From positions 434,001 through 498,000 of IMG/VR virus record IMGVR_UViG_3300050122_000263: DNA of 64,000 bases; one strand, 5' to 3'. The position numbers and the translations under genes were made by a program. The notes under the pieces were generated by a model. That model saw only the letters and a program-made list of their open reading frames with translations, had not been told where the DNA came from and did not search any database. This document shows positions 11,273 to 20,479 of the stretch, piece by piece (position 1 is the stretch's first letter; every line of letters starts with the position of its first letter).

Positions 11273-12163
11273 TCACTGCTCCCAGATTTCTATTTGTCTG
11301 CCATCATAGGTCAGTACGCGCTGCCCATCGAATAGGATGTCAATTATCTGAACATCATGGGTCGACTTTCTGTAGCTAATAGTCTTAAAGTCGATGTCAC
11401 AACAGGTCACATTGTTGGACAAGCCATAAGAATAGATATGACCCCTATGGAACTTGATCTGATGCCCGTCTGTTAGAGCACAGAGTCTTAGGCGCCTACA
11501 GCCCTTATCATGTAAATCGTAGCGCCACAATGTTCGGGTTGCCAGACCTTGTTTCTCAATAGTCAGCAGATAATGTCCATCATCCGTCAAGGCAGCCCAT
11601 TCCGGAAGAACTCCCATGCTGGAAATGTCGGTACGTCTTGTTTCTCTGGTCACGTCTGTTGACTCTGGGTCACTGTCATAGAAAAGTAGAAACTCTTCCA
11701 GCTCAGGGAACTGGCGCAGCTCAAGCCAGTAGTTGAGATTGATGGGAATCACATTGCGAGCTGGATGCTCGGTCAGAATATCGTTGGCTGGACAGTAGGT
11801 GTAGAAATTGCGCTTAGTGTAGACTGTAACACTTTCATCTGAGAACTTCTTGATCTTGTAGTGATAGTCGTCTCTGGCGGGTACTTGCCTAACAAGCACA
11901 TTCTTGGTCAAATTGTATTCGACCAACCTGGTTTCCTCCATATAGTAGATATTATTGTTGATACAGACAACATGTTTGATATCAGCAACATCAATCTGCT
12001 TCAAGGTCTTGCTCTCACCACTTGTCAGATCATACTGATCGATCGATTGGTATCTGCAATGAGTATCATTGATCGTGTATAATTTGTCTTCGTACAGGAA
12101 GAGTGGCTTGCCAAGGAAGGGGATCGAAAGACTGCGAAAAGTGGAGTTGACTTGTTTCATCAC
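11273..12163 (-). CDS. Hypothetical protein, possibly a beta-propeller
   Basis: 296 aa of short beta-strand-like repeats ending in IEIWEQ. Confidence 0.6.
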   Translation of the reverse strand: MMKQVNSTFRSLSIPFLGKPLFLYEDKLYTINDTHCRYQSIDQYDLTSGESKTLKQIDVADIKHVVCINNNIYYMEETRLVEYNLTKNVLVRQVPARDDYHYKIKKFSDESVTVYTKRNFYTYCPANDILTEHPARNVIPINLNYWLELRQFPELEEFLLFYDSDPESTDVTRETRRTDISSMGVLPEWAALTDDGHYLLTIEKQGLATRTLWRYDLHDKGCRRLRLCALTDGHQIKFHRGHIYSYGLSNNVTCCDIDFKTISYRKSTHDVQIIDILFDGQRVLTYDGRQIEIWEQ

Positions 12164-12237
12164 GAATTTTCAAGAGCTTTATTCTGACCAGAGTTTCTTT
12201 ATACAAAACAGTTTGTGTTTCGGATGTGTGATTGTTT

Positions 12238-12753
12238 TTACCACTCTGCCTTCCAGAAGAAGAGTCCATGCATCTGAATGAAGCTGATGAGATCCGAGCC
12301 ATCAGTCTGCTTGGGCTTGATGTAAAGCAGTTTGTGGCTATTGGCCGAAGTCATACCAGCTGTCACGCTGAAATGCTGCAATGCCGATTTCTTAACAGCC
12401 TGTATAAATGTGCAGATGTGCCACTCCGCCTCTTTCCTCTTGCTGTCATCCTTGTCTCCCTCTAGAAAGACCCATGTTTCGCGGTGGCGGGGGCTCACAT
12501 CCTCCGACTCAATCTCCATGTTAAAGCTGGCTGGGTCTCGTGTGTCGAAACAGACATGCATTCCCAACCGGCGCAAACGGATCAGCTCTAGCAACTTGGC
12601 CTCCTCACTGGCAATGCATTTTCTGTATTCCTGCCAGGACAGCTGCTTTGATTCTTTCAGCTTGAACAGCTCTGATTCCTTACAGTCAGATGGTGAGGTT
12701 GATGTGATCTGTGACCCGGAGACAGCTTGCGTGTTGGAAATTGGTGTTTGCAT
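12238..12753 (-). CDS. Hypothetical protein
   Basis: 171-aa ATG ORF in the same orientation as its neighbour. Confidence 0.55.
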   Translation of the reverse strand: MQTPISNTQAVSGSQITSTSPSDCKESELFKLKESKQLSWQEYRKCIASEEAKLLELIRLRRLGMHVCFDTRDPASFNMEIESEDVSPRHRETWVFLEGDKDDSKRKEAEWHICTFIQAVKKSALQHFSVTAGMTSANSHKLLYIKPKQTDGSDLISFIQMHGLFFWKAEW

Positions 12754-12841
12754 AGTGTTCTTCGTGCTGGTTTATGCTTCGTTAAGGGAAAAGTGGGAGA
12801 TCAGTTGTAGGCCTGACTGACACTTGTGTCAGGAAGACCCG

Positions 12842-12867
12842 CGGTCTGCAGAGAAAACTGCAGACCG
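12842..12867. promoter_or_regulatory. GC-rich hairpin in a divergent intergenic region
   Basis: cggtctgcag-agaaaa-ctgcagaccg, 10-bp stem. Confidence 0.35.
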
Positions 12868-13060
12868 TAAGCCTGATGCTAATTAATCACACTATTAGAG
12901 GCCAAAGCCAGATGAGGAATAATAAGATGGATTCTCTGTGAAGGACTGTCTATTATTCTCTCAGATTGTTGATGCTGTAACAACTCAGCATGAAAAGAAA
13001 CCGATCACAGCATCTTGAGTTAGGCTGACTCAGTAAACAGCTGCACTGTCACAACTTAGG

Positions 13061-13585
13061 ATGATCGAAGCTTGCACGCAAGAACCCTTCACCACTTTCC
13101 AGCTGGCTTTGTATTATATCTTCTCCACTATCGCTCTGCTGTCTCACCTTACTCTGTGGATCTTCTACCAGCGAGAGTGGAAGAACTTTGTTGTCATTGC
13201 TGCAGGCTATGTGCTAACCTTCCCTTATCTGGTGATACTAATTAGAACTGCCATTGTCAATGTCACCGGTCTCCTGAACTGGACTCCACAGGGCATACGA
13301 GCTCAGTATGATGATGGTTGGCTTGTGGTTGCCTCTACCCTACATTACCTTCAGGGGGATCTATTTTGTGCCCTATTCATCATAATACTTGGGCAGCACT
13401 TTGAGGTTAATCGTTGGAAAATACTTCCCATCCTAATCCTCACCTTCGCTTTCGCCCCTGTTGGATGTTTCATTGCATTGATTGTATTCACTCGATGCAT
13501 GATCCAGAAGCAAAAAGAAACCAGAATAATACAACAACAGTCACGGGATCACCTACGGGGTCTACTGGATAGTGACTTGATTTGA
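13061..13585 (+). CDS. ABA4/DUF4281-like membrane protein
   Basis: LHYLQGDLF and LPILILTFAFAPVG match the family pattern HYLxxDLF...LxLTxxxGPxG; several TM segments. Confidence 0.62.
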   Translation: MIEACTQEPFTTFQLALYYIFSTIALLSHLTLWIFYQREWKNFVVIAAGYVLTFPYLVILIRTAIVNVTGLLNWTPQGIRAQYDDGWLVVASTLHYLQGDLFCALFIIILGQHFEVNRWKILPILILTFAFAPVGCFIALIVFTRCMIQKQKETRIIQQQSRDHLRGLLDSDLI

Positions 13586-13609
13586 AAAAACACCCAGCTG
13601 GGTGTTTTT
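13586..13609. terminator. Perfect 24-bp palindrome directly after the stop codon
   Basis: aaaaacacccagctgggtgttttt. Confidence 0.75.
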
Positions 13610-13671
13610 GATCTGCATTTCTGGGCTGTTTACAAGATACAGCGCTATAGCCGATCTGAATTCTCGAACTT

Positions 13672-14706
13672 GTGGATAATAAACAAAAGATGCAGGAACA
13701 AACCCCGTCATCATCGAATGAGCTCACGGATAAGCAGAGCGATCAATTGTTGCAATGCCTGAAAACAGCTGATGACAGGTTGACCAAGCAGGTAGGCAAA
13801 GAGCTTGAAGAGATGTTCAGTTCTTATCATGCTAGCCATGACACAGTCATGCAGTATCATGTGAAGGAGAATGAGCTGAAAGACCAATTCCATCGCATCC
13901 TTGGTATTATGGAGAAGAAACAACTTCGAGAGATCTACTATCAATTTAGTGATAGCAAATTGGCCCCTAAAGTGCCGGGTCACGGTGAACCATTTTACTG
14001 GGTTTCGCTAGCTAATCGAGATGAAATTTTTCGAGAGATCTTCCCAAAATCCTATCAGGCAGAATGGTTTGACGAGCCACTCGGAATGGGGAGTGGCTGG
14101 ACTGATACCTCCGTCACTATAACCAACAGCAGCATCCCGTTTACAGAGAAGCTTATGGACGAAAGGGATCTGTATGGTATGCTTCACAGGGTTAAGCAAT
14201 ATCTGATCAGAAAAGGGTCAACTCAGGCTCTGGCATCCACTTTTGACAGAGAAGTGGGCTGTTATGGAGTACTTGATGTGTCAGAAGAAGATCGTAATCA
14301 GCTTTTCCATGAGCTCTTCGGAGAGAACTATGAAATTGAGTGGGAGGAGAAAACTGATGTATTTGGCGATAAGCACTTCAGCTACACGAAGGTCGCTATC
14401 AAACTAACGGATGGAAAAGAGGACACACTTCCCATTAAACAGGCCATTGTTACCAAGATGGAATTTCTTGGCAATCTCCATCGGAAACAGGGAGAGATGG
14501 TGGCAGCAGGCGAAAACACGTTACATCTCTTTGGAGATGCAGGAGATGTGTTTTATACAGTGGACTTCCCCAGCCGCGACAAGATTGTGCGCTCCGTCTT
14601 CGGCAAGAGGTGCCAGTTCAAATGGATTGAAGGGAAGCGCATCATCCGCGGCAAAGAGTACCGCCATACCGATTTAACTGTGACTGTACCGAGAGCTGGC
14701 AAATGA
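13672..14706 (+). CDS. Hypothetical protein with three internal ~100-aa repeats
   Basis: RDEIFREIFPKSYQAEW / RNQLFHELFGENYEIEW / RDKIVRSVFGKRCQFKW. Confidence 0.75.
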   Translation: MDNKQKMQEQTPSSSNELTDKQSDQLLQCLKTADDRLTKQVGKELEEMFSSYHASHDTVMQYHVKENELKDQFHRILGIMEKKQLREIYYQFSDSKLAPKVPGHGEPFYWVSLANRDEIFREIFPKSYQAEWFDEPLGMGSGWTDTSVTITNSSIPFTEKLMDERDLYGMLHRVKQYLIRKGSTQALASTFDREVGCYGVLDVSEEDRNQLFHELFGENYEIEWEEKTDVFGDKHFSYTKVAIKLTDGKEDTLPIKQAIVTKMEFLGNLHRKQGEMVAAGENTLHLFGDAGDVFYTVDFPSRDKIVRSVFGKRCQFKWIEGKRIIRGKEYRHTDLTVTVPRAGK

Positions 14707-14716
14707 GGCCTTGATT

Positions 14717-14740
14717 AAAAACATCTTACAAGATGTTTTT
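14717..14740. terminator. Bidirectional hairpin between convergent genes
   Basis: aaaaacatctt-ac-aagatgttttt. Confidence 0.75.
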
Positions 14741-14774
14741 TCTGTTCTGGCTGAGCAGCTGTGAAGTTGTGAAA

Positions 14775-17700
14775 TCAATAGAACACCTTGAAGGCCCTAA
14801 GTAACTTGAAGCTGCCATTACAACGCATTGGTTCTGGTGATCTAGGTGGTGACTCTTCGCGCAGATACGGCATCTGAATGCAGATGCAGTTGAAGCGTTC
14901 TCCAGCCACTTTATCGGCATCCATAATCCAATCTGCCTCATCTAAGAAGATACCATAGGAAAGGAAGGCGGAGAATTGAACCTGTACCCACCGACGCTGT
15001 AGCGTTTCTCGATAGCGAAGCATATATTTGTCGTAGACTCTACGACGTTCGATTTCGATTTTCTCTAGTTCGTATTCATACTCCTCTTGTGTCATCGAGT
15101 TATTTGCTCTGTTAATTTTGATCAGCTCATTCCAATCTCGGGTCTTGACGCCGGCGCGGAAAGTAGCAGCTTCAAAGACTCTGCCTCCAGTCATAAGCAA
15201 CTCATTAAGTTGAATCCACTCCTCTTGATTATCCGTATTAAACAGGGGAAGCTCGGCAACCTGCTCCTCCGACAAAGGTACAGGTTGATGTAGATCTAAG
15301 GGGATGTCAACGAATCCCTCATCATAACCGATTAATTCTATCAGACCTGTGATCCTGATAGGGATCTCACGGATACCCAAGCGAGATTGTGGCAGATTAG
15401 GGATGCGGGTTAAATCTGGCTCGATTGTTTGATGAGCACTATCCTGTCTCACAATCACATGAGGGAAGTCCCGCCCCACTGTATCGTGATCGCCATAAGT
15501 TGTAGCTTGAATTTGAGCCAGGAGGTGTGGGTTTGCCATCTGACCAACTCCCATGATAAGCTCTGGGCCATTGCCTCGATAGTTGGTCCATGATGTTTCT
15601 TTGATATAGTCGCGAGCATCGGCATCTGGCTGCTCAAACCTGATAGCAGGCTCAGTTGGCAGAGCCGTGGGTATCAGTAACTGTCGAGCAGATATTTGCC
15701 GTGCGGTGGGTCTAACCTTCCAGCCATAATGCAGCTCTGGTAGCAGCTCGATCTGACAGTCTCGCAGCAAGAGACGACGTCCCTCTTTGGCGCGATACAT
15801 GGGATCATCTTCACCTAGATTGGCCCCAATAACTGGCTGTATTTGGATACCTGTTTGCTCGATGTAATCATCAAAGCCATTGCGAAAACGGCCGTCTAAT
15901 TTGAGTTGGTCTAGATCGAGCTCCTCTGTTCTGGGTGCCCCTCTGGGATGGAAGGCTTCCTTATCAGCTGCTCTAACACGGAGTGTGTCATATCTCTGAT
16001 CATTAAAGACGACATGGTAGTTGCCCTCATCACCCGGTAGACTCCAATACTGCTCCTGAGGAGCACGCCGTGTAGGTCGTTCTAGAGGACGTGGACGATC
16101 TGCTACTCTCACGCCAGCTGCTTCTAGCGTCTTGGAGATGAGAACAGGCTTACCTTTGGTTAACTCAAACTGCTCAAAAGATCCTCTATTACTTGTGATG
16201 AAGGAATAAGGCATAATCAGCTTAACAGAGAAGCCCCGATATAAAGCCTTAACCAGGCGGACAGCACGGATATTGTAGCGGATCAGGACAGCCTCTCTTT
16301 TACGGTAATACAGGGAAAAGAGAGGAGCACAACAGAGCCCATGATGGATATCATAGCCAACCTGAATGTTGGAGGTGTCAAAGTTCATCAGCACTTCTAA
16401 CGGAGTCTGGCAATCTGTGGCAATGATCTGTAGAACAAAGACCTGGTTGGGGCTAAGACGTCGAGTTAGGGTCAAAACCGACTTTCTAATGGCATAGTAG
16501 TATTCATCGGTTGGCATATATTGCTGCAGCCACTCCAGTAGCAGCTCATACATGACACTTCGGGCGTCGTGAGTTTTCCCATAGATGAAGAGATCAACAT
16601 CCGTCTTGTCAACAAAACGCTCATACAACCAGTCATCCATGACAATGGAGAAAAGGCCGCCACCCAATACATAACCAAGGGGTGGATGCTCTTCACCGGG
16701 TGCTGGTAGATGAAAGCCTTCACGAGCATGTGCTTCTTGACGCTCTAATAGCATTTCTTGTATGCGCCTTGTTAACCAGTCATTCATCTGCAGTAGTTGG
16801 GGGAAGACTTGAAGCAGCCGATCCGTAACTCGCTCTTTACTAGCGAGCGTCACAGTGGCGGGTGGTGGAACTCTAAATGAGCCAGCCGGAATGGCAGCAC
16901 AGGGCTCAGCGTCCATGTAATCTGGCAGAAGGGGTCTGCTGTCTCGTAATGGGTCTAATAAGAAGAGGTGCCTGTTGAAGCGGTTGATCCGCTCTGGCTT
17001 AGTGTAAGGGTAGGCATGGGGCATGAGAGCGTAGGCAAACTGTTCATTGACAGCAATCAACCGTTGATAGTAGTTGATAATCTCCTGTGTGAACGAGTCG
17101 CTAGCATACAGTGCGTCAGATAAGCGTCGTAGATATTGGGCTGTGGCTGCGGGTGCTTGCTGGAAAAGCTCAACCACTGTGTCAAAGGGTAGCAGGGTGC
17201 CTTCTGGCACTTGGTCGAGATATCGCCAGATAAGTGGCAGGAAGCGCGAACAAATATTCTCTGGCCGCAGTTGTGCTACCACAGCCTCTGGGAGTGTTCC
17301 TGAAGTTGTCGGAGCTCCTGGAGTTATGAAGCGCTGTCTGAAGGGTCCGAGGGCCCTGGGAGCTGTTTGTGCAAAAATTGCTAAACCCTCCAGAGGCTCT
17401 GTAACCGCTTCTTCTTTGCCTTTGCCTCCATCTGCAGCTTTGACTTCTGGCTGAACAGCTTGTGCCTGACACTTCAGCACTCTTACGGCGGCTAACAGGG
17501 CAAAGAAAACAGTTTCACTCACATTTTCATCAAGATACCCTCTACCAAAGAGCGCATATAGATTTCGGATAAAAGAGTCAAGATCACTAAGATGCCTAAA
17601 AACATCGGGACCGATTTCTTGCTCAGACAGGATGAAGCGGTAACGATCTGGATCTGTGATATTCTGCCTCTCGTTGAACAAGAACAGCGTTTCCAGCGCT

Positions 17701-17837
17701 TCACTATTAGCTATAGCTAAATCACGGGGCAGCAGGAAACTATTGGCGTCATTAGCTCCTATCTGCAGAGTCACATATTGAGGCGCTTGCATCGGTCTCC
17801 CTTTTGTTCTGAGCAAAACAATACCAATGTTAAGCAT
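14775..17837 (-). CDS. Large Pol-beta-superfamily nucleotidyltransferase-like protein, family member A, with possible BTB-like N-terminus
   Basis: YVLGGGLFSI...KTDVDLFIYG (GG + DxD), LQII, NFDTSNIQVGYD and KALYRGF; homologous to 22477 and 55212. Confidence 0.75.
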   Translation of the reverse strand: MLNIGIVLLRTKGRPMQAPQYVTLQIGANDANSFLLPRDLAIANSEALETLFLFNERQNITDPDRYRFILSEQEIGPDVFRHLSDLDSFIRNLYALFGRGYLDENVSETVFFALLAAVRVLKCQAQAVQPEVKAADGGKGKEEAVTEPLEGLAIFAQTAPRALGPFRQRFITPGAPTTSGTLPEAVVAQLRPENICSRFLPLIWRYLDQVPEGTLLPFDTVVELFQQAPAATAQYLRRLSDALYASDSFTQEIINYYQRLIAVNEQFAYALMPHAYPYTKPERINRFNRHLFLLDPLRDSRPLLPDYMDAEPCAAIPAGSFRVPPPATVTLASKERVTDRLLQVFPQLLQMNDWLTRRIQEMLLERQEAHAREGFHLPAPGEEHPPLGYVLGGGLFSIVMDDWLYERFVDKTDVDLFIYGKTHDARSVMYELLLEWLQQYMPTDEYYYAIRKSVLTLTRRLSPNQVFVLQIIATDCQTPLEVLMNFDTSNIQVGYDIHHGLCCAPLFSLYYRKREAVLIRYNIRAVRLVKALYRGFSVKLIMPYSFITSNRGSFEQFELTKGKPVLISKTLEAAGVRVADRPRPLERPTRRAPQEQYWSLPGDEGNYHVVFNDQRYDTLRVRAADKEAFHPRGAPRTEELDLDQLKLDGRFRNGFDDYIEQTGIQIQPVIGANLGEDDPMYRAKEGRRLLLRDCQIELLPELHYGWKVRPTARQISARQLLIPTALPTEPAIRFEQPDADARDYIKETSWTNYRGNGPELIMGVGQMANPHLLAQIQATTYGDHDTVGRDFPHVIVRQDSAHQTIEPDLTRIPNLPQSRLGIREIPIRITGLIELIGYDEGFVDIPLDLHQPVPLSEEQVAELPLFNTDNQEEWIQLNELLMTGGRVFEAATFRAGVKTRDWNELIKINRANNSMTQEEYEYELEKIEIERRRVYDKYMLRYRETLQRRWVQVQFSAFLSYGIFLDEADWIMDADKVAGERFNCICIQMPYLREESPPRSPEPMRCNGSFKLLRAFKVFY

Positions 17838-17879
17838 TTCTCAACATTGTTGTTCTGAGCTCAGACAATCTCAAGCGCG

Positions 17880-17903
17880 AAGATCATTGAGATGAATGAT
17901 CTT
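17880..17903. terminator. Hairpin downstream of 17949..18203
   Basis: aagatcatt-gagatg-aatgatctt. Confidence 0.6.
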
Positions 17904-17948
17904 TTTCTACACCCTAATCTTGAGGCTAGAGTCTCAAGGAGGGACTTT

Positions 17949-18203
17949 TTAACCTGAATAATTAGTTAATTCCCGCTGATAGCGTAGATGCCATATAGTT
18001 GTGGCAATTCCGATGAAACCACATACTACAATGAGAGGTAGCCTAAGCAGGAAGCGTCTACGAGTCAGCCTGTGTTCAATGTATTCTTGTATGGACTCAT
18101 TGAGTAGATAGAGGCCAATGCCTAGGATGAAGAGTGCTATCACCAGAGTGAGACTTGCCCCAGCAACCTCGAGGAATTTGTAGAGAGTCTTCAAAGGTAT
18201 CAT
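17949..18203 (-). CDS. Small two-TM protein, paralog of 20062..20322
   Basis: 84 aa; EYIEHRL...LLRLP...IG...WH..Q pattern shared with the paralog. Confidence 0.6.
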   Translation of the reverse strand: MIPLKTLYKFLEVAGASLTLVIALFILGIGLYLLNESIQEYIEHRLTRRRFLLRLPLIVVCGFIGIATTIWHLRYQRELTNYSG

Positions 18204-18356
18204 AACTACTGTGCTGTAGGTGGCTTTGCTGTGAACTAAACAGCATGATGGAATATCGATTTCTCCAGTGTGTTTCTATTCCATCAAGTTATCAACAGGG
18301 CTGTTAAGTAATAACAACAGCTTGGGTTGCAGATTCAAACTTCGCTCAAGAAAGTT

Positions 18357-18381
18357 AAAATATCTTGACATAAGGTGTTTT
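18357..18381. terminator. Imperfect hairpin downstream of the methyltransferase
   Basis: aaaatatctt-gacat-aaggtgtttt. Confidence 0.55.
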
Positions 18382-18387
18382 TATCAT

Positions 18388-19860
18388 TCATCTTACCTTC
18401 ACCGCCAAGTAGGGATATTTCCGTTGGAAGAGCAGATCAAACCTGTCTTTGATTGAGCTGGGTGTTAAGGGCTGAAACAGGTGATACCCAATAGCAACGC
18501 CCTCGCCCTTCTGCCAGATCCAAGCTGGATAGCAAGCTCTGGTGGTGGTCTCAATTCCAATCACTCCTGCATAATGAGCATTGGGTAAGTAGGCTCCAAT
18601 AAAGAGGTTAGCTACTTCTGTCAGCTGAACCGTAATATTGTCATGCAGATAGAGTATCATGCTGCCTCCTTCACGCAGAGCAGCCCAGCTCTTACGCAGA
18701 AGACAGAAAAGAAACTTCTCCAACCAAGCGTTAAGATTTGGATAAGCCACAGAGGATTGTGTGGGTGAGAAGCTGTATTTCTCCAGATTGAAACAAGGTG
18801 GGCAGGCCATAACCAAATCATATTTCTCTGTTAGGATCACTTTGTCCGACTCAAATGGCTGGTAGATGATCTGATAGTTTTGCTTCTGTCTGGCAAATGT
18901 CTCGATGATCTTGTCGTGGCCCAGTCCTAGGGCTATATTGGGGTCGAAACCATGGTAGATAACTCCAGCTGAGATGGCTCCAATCAGACGGTCACCCCAG
19001 CCAGCTGATGGATCAAGCACTTTCATTGTCTCGCCGCGTTTTACAGTCACCACATGGTTGATGACATCACAATGGGCAGGTGGCTGAAAGATATCGATCA
19101 AAGCTCTGGCAGCACTGGGATTGAAGATCTTGCACTCTCGTATAAAAGTGTAGAGTGCTTCTTTCAGATTGGCTGGTGTCAGATTCCATTCATTGCGAAT
19201 CAATATATCAAAGGCGCGATCCAGTATCTTGCGATCCTTCCATATAGTTAGGGGTGCTTGGCCTTTGCCAAACCTAGCTTGTAGCCTCACTTCCTCGGTG
19301 AAGAAGGAGTTGATACCATCATAAGCCGCATAATGATCCTTTTCGGTCGGCAGGTAGGAATGACACCCATCCTCAAAGGAGAGGAGGCAGCGCCTAACCT
19401 CGTCAGACATCATAACACCATGCAGAGGCAGCGGATTTGGGAGTAGCATGTCTGGAATGAGGTGGCTGTGAACATCACATAAGTTGTTGTACATAACAGT
19501 TGCAATCTTTTGATCACGATATCTGACAGTCAGAGGGAAACCCAGTCTCTGAATATCGCATAGTATATTCCACCGCCTGTTTGGGTCAGTTAGCGTACGC
19601 CAGTGATAGTCATAGTCTAAGGGAGTAATCCTAGCCTTTTGAACTATACGTTGGCTTGTATTATTATCATCCTGCTTGGCATTCTCGGGGCTGAGTTGAG
19701 GAGATTGTGGCTTCATCTGCTGTACTGGCTGGGTTGCCTGGCCAGGTTGCTTGAGCTGAACAGATAAGTTATTCGGCACGTGCACTGAAGTTGGCCCTTG
19801 TTTCCCCGAATGGGAAACAGGACGGTATGTCTTCATAACACCACGCTGCATCACTTGCAT
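18388..19860 (-). CDS. SAM-dependent amino (m4C/m6A)-type DNA methyltransferase with atypical catalytic motif
   Basis: Motif I VLDPSAGWGDRLIGA; motif IV reads YDLVMACPPCFNLEKY where the family has TSPPYF; IFNPSAA upstream. Confidence 0.8.
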   Translation of the reverse strand: MQVMQRGVMKTYRPVSHSGKQGPTSVHVPNNLSVQLKQPGQATQPVQQMKPQSPQLSPENAKQDDNNTSQRIVQKARITPLDYDYHWRTLTDPNRRWNILCDIQRLGFPLTVRYRDQKIATVMYNNLCDVHSHLIPDMLLPNPLPLHGVMMSDEVRRCLLSFEDGCHSYLPTEKDHYAAYDGINSFFTEEVRLQARFGKGQAPLTIWKDRKILDRAFDILIRNEWNLTPANLKEALYTFIRECKIFNPSAARALIDIFQPPAHCDVINHVVTVKRGETMKVLDPSAGWGDRLIGAISAGVIYHGFDPNIALGLGHDKIIETFARQKQNYQIIYQPFESDKVILTEKYDLVMACPPCFNLEKYSFSPTQSSVAYPNLNAWLEKFLFCLLRKSWAALREGGSMILYLHDNITVQLTEVANLFIGAYLPNAHYAGVIGIETTTRACYPAWIWQKGEGVAIGYHLFQPLTPSSIKDRFDLLFQRKYPYLAVKVR

Positions 19861-20032
19861 GAGTTTACCGAATTTTATGGTGGGGTGTTATCTCACTCTT
19901 GCTATCAGGGCCTAATTATTTGGCCTTTATTATATAGCCACCTTGGGCTTTATGACATCTTGAGTTACTTACCTGAATATTTGCCTTAATTGAGAAGCTG
20001 CTATTGAGTGTTGATATTTACGGCTACTCTCG

Positions 20033-20057
20033 AAATCTGCCTATACTAGGTGGATTT
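20033..20057. terminator. Hairpin downstream of 20062..20322
   Basis: aaatctgccta-tac-taggtggattt with G-T pairs. Confidence 0.55.
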
Positions 20058-20061
20058 TTTA

Positions 20062-20322
20062 TTACGAATCATATCGTGGGATATGAAGTGAGTTAGCTAA
20101 GGGGAGAGATCCCTGATGCTTTGTATGCCAGTGGAGAGCTAGACATCCAATACACAGCAGAACTAGTGAGGGGACTGTGATAAGTAACATGAAACCAGTC
20201 CTGACTCGCTTTGCAACATATTGTTCTAGGCCATATGTGAAGACCGCGAAACCCAGTGTGGTACATGTAATACCTGTTATAGTGACTAGATAAGGAAGAA
20301 AGATAGTGAGTAATTCATCCAT
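20062..20322 (-). CDS. Small two-TM protein, paralog of 17949..18203
   Basis: 86 aa; EQYVAKRV...LLITVP...IG...WH..Q. Confidence 0.6.
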   Translation of the reverse strand: MDELLTIFLPYLVTITGITCTTLGFAVFTYGLEQYVAKRVRTGFMLLITVPSLVLLCIGCLALHWHTKHQGSLPLANSLHIPRYDS

Positions 20323-20479
20323 CGAAGCGATGTGTTAAAATCAATGTTACCAAGAAACAGTTTTCAGCTTTAACAAGCACTTTTTATATTTGGTTATAGT
20401 TATGGCAGATCACTTCAACTCTCTACTAAGTGGCTGAGCTCTGAAAATCTTTTTCTCGTTTCTTGGCTGGCTGGCAAAG

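Noticed and set aside
18388-19860. Complete restriction-modification system
   Set aside because: The neighbours are small membrane proteins; no PD-(D/E)xK or HNH nuclease is recognisable nearby.
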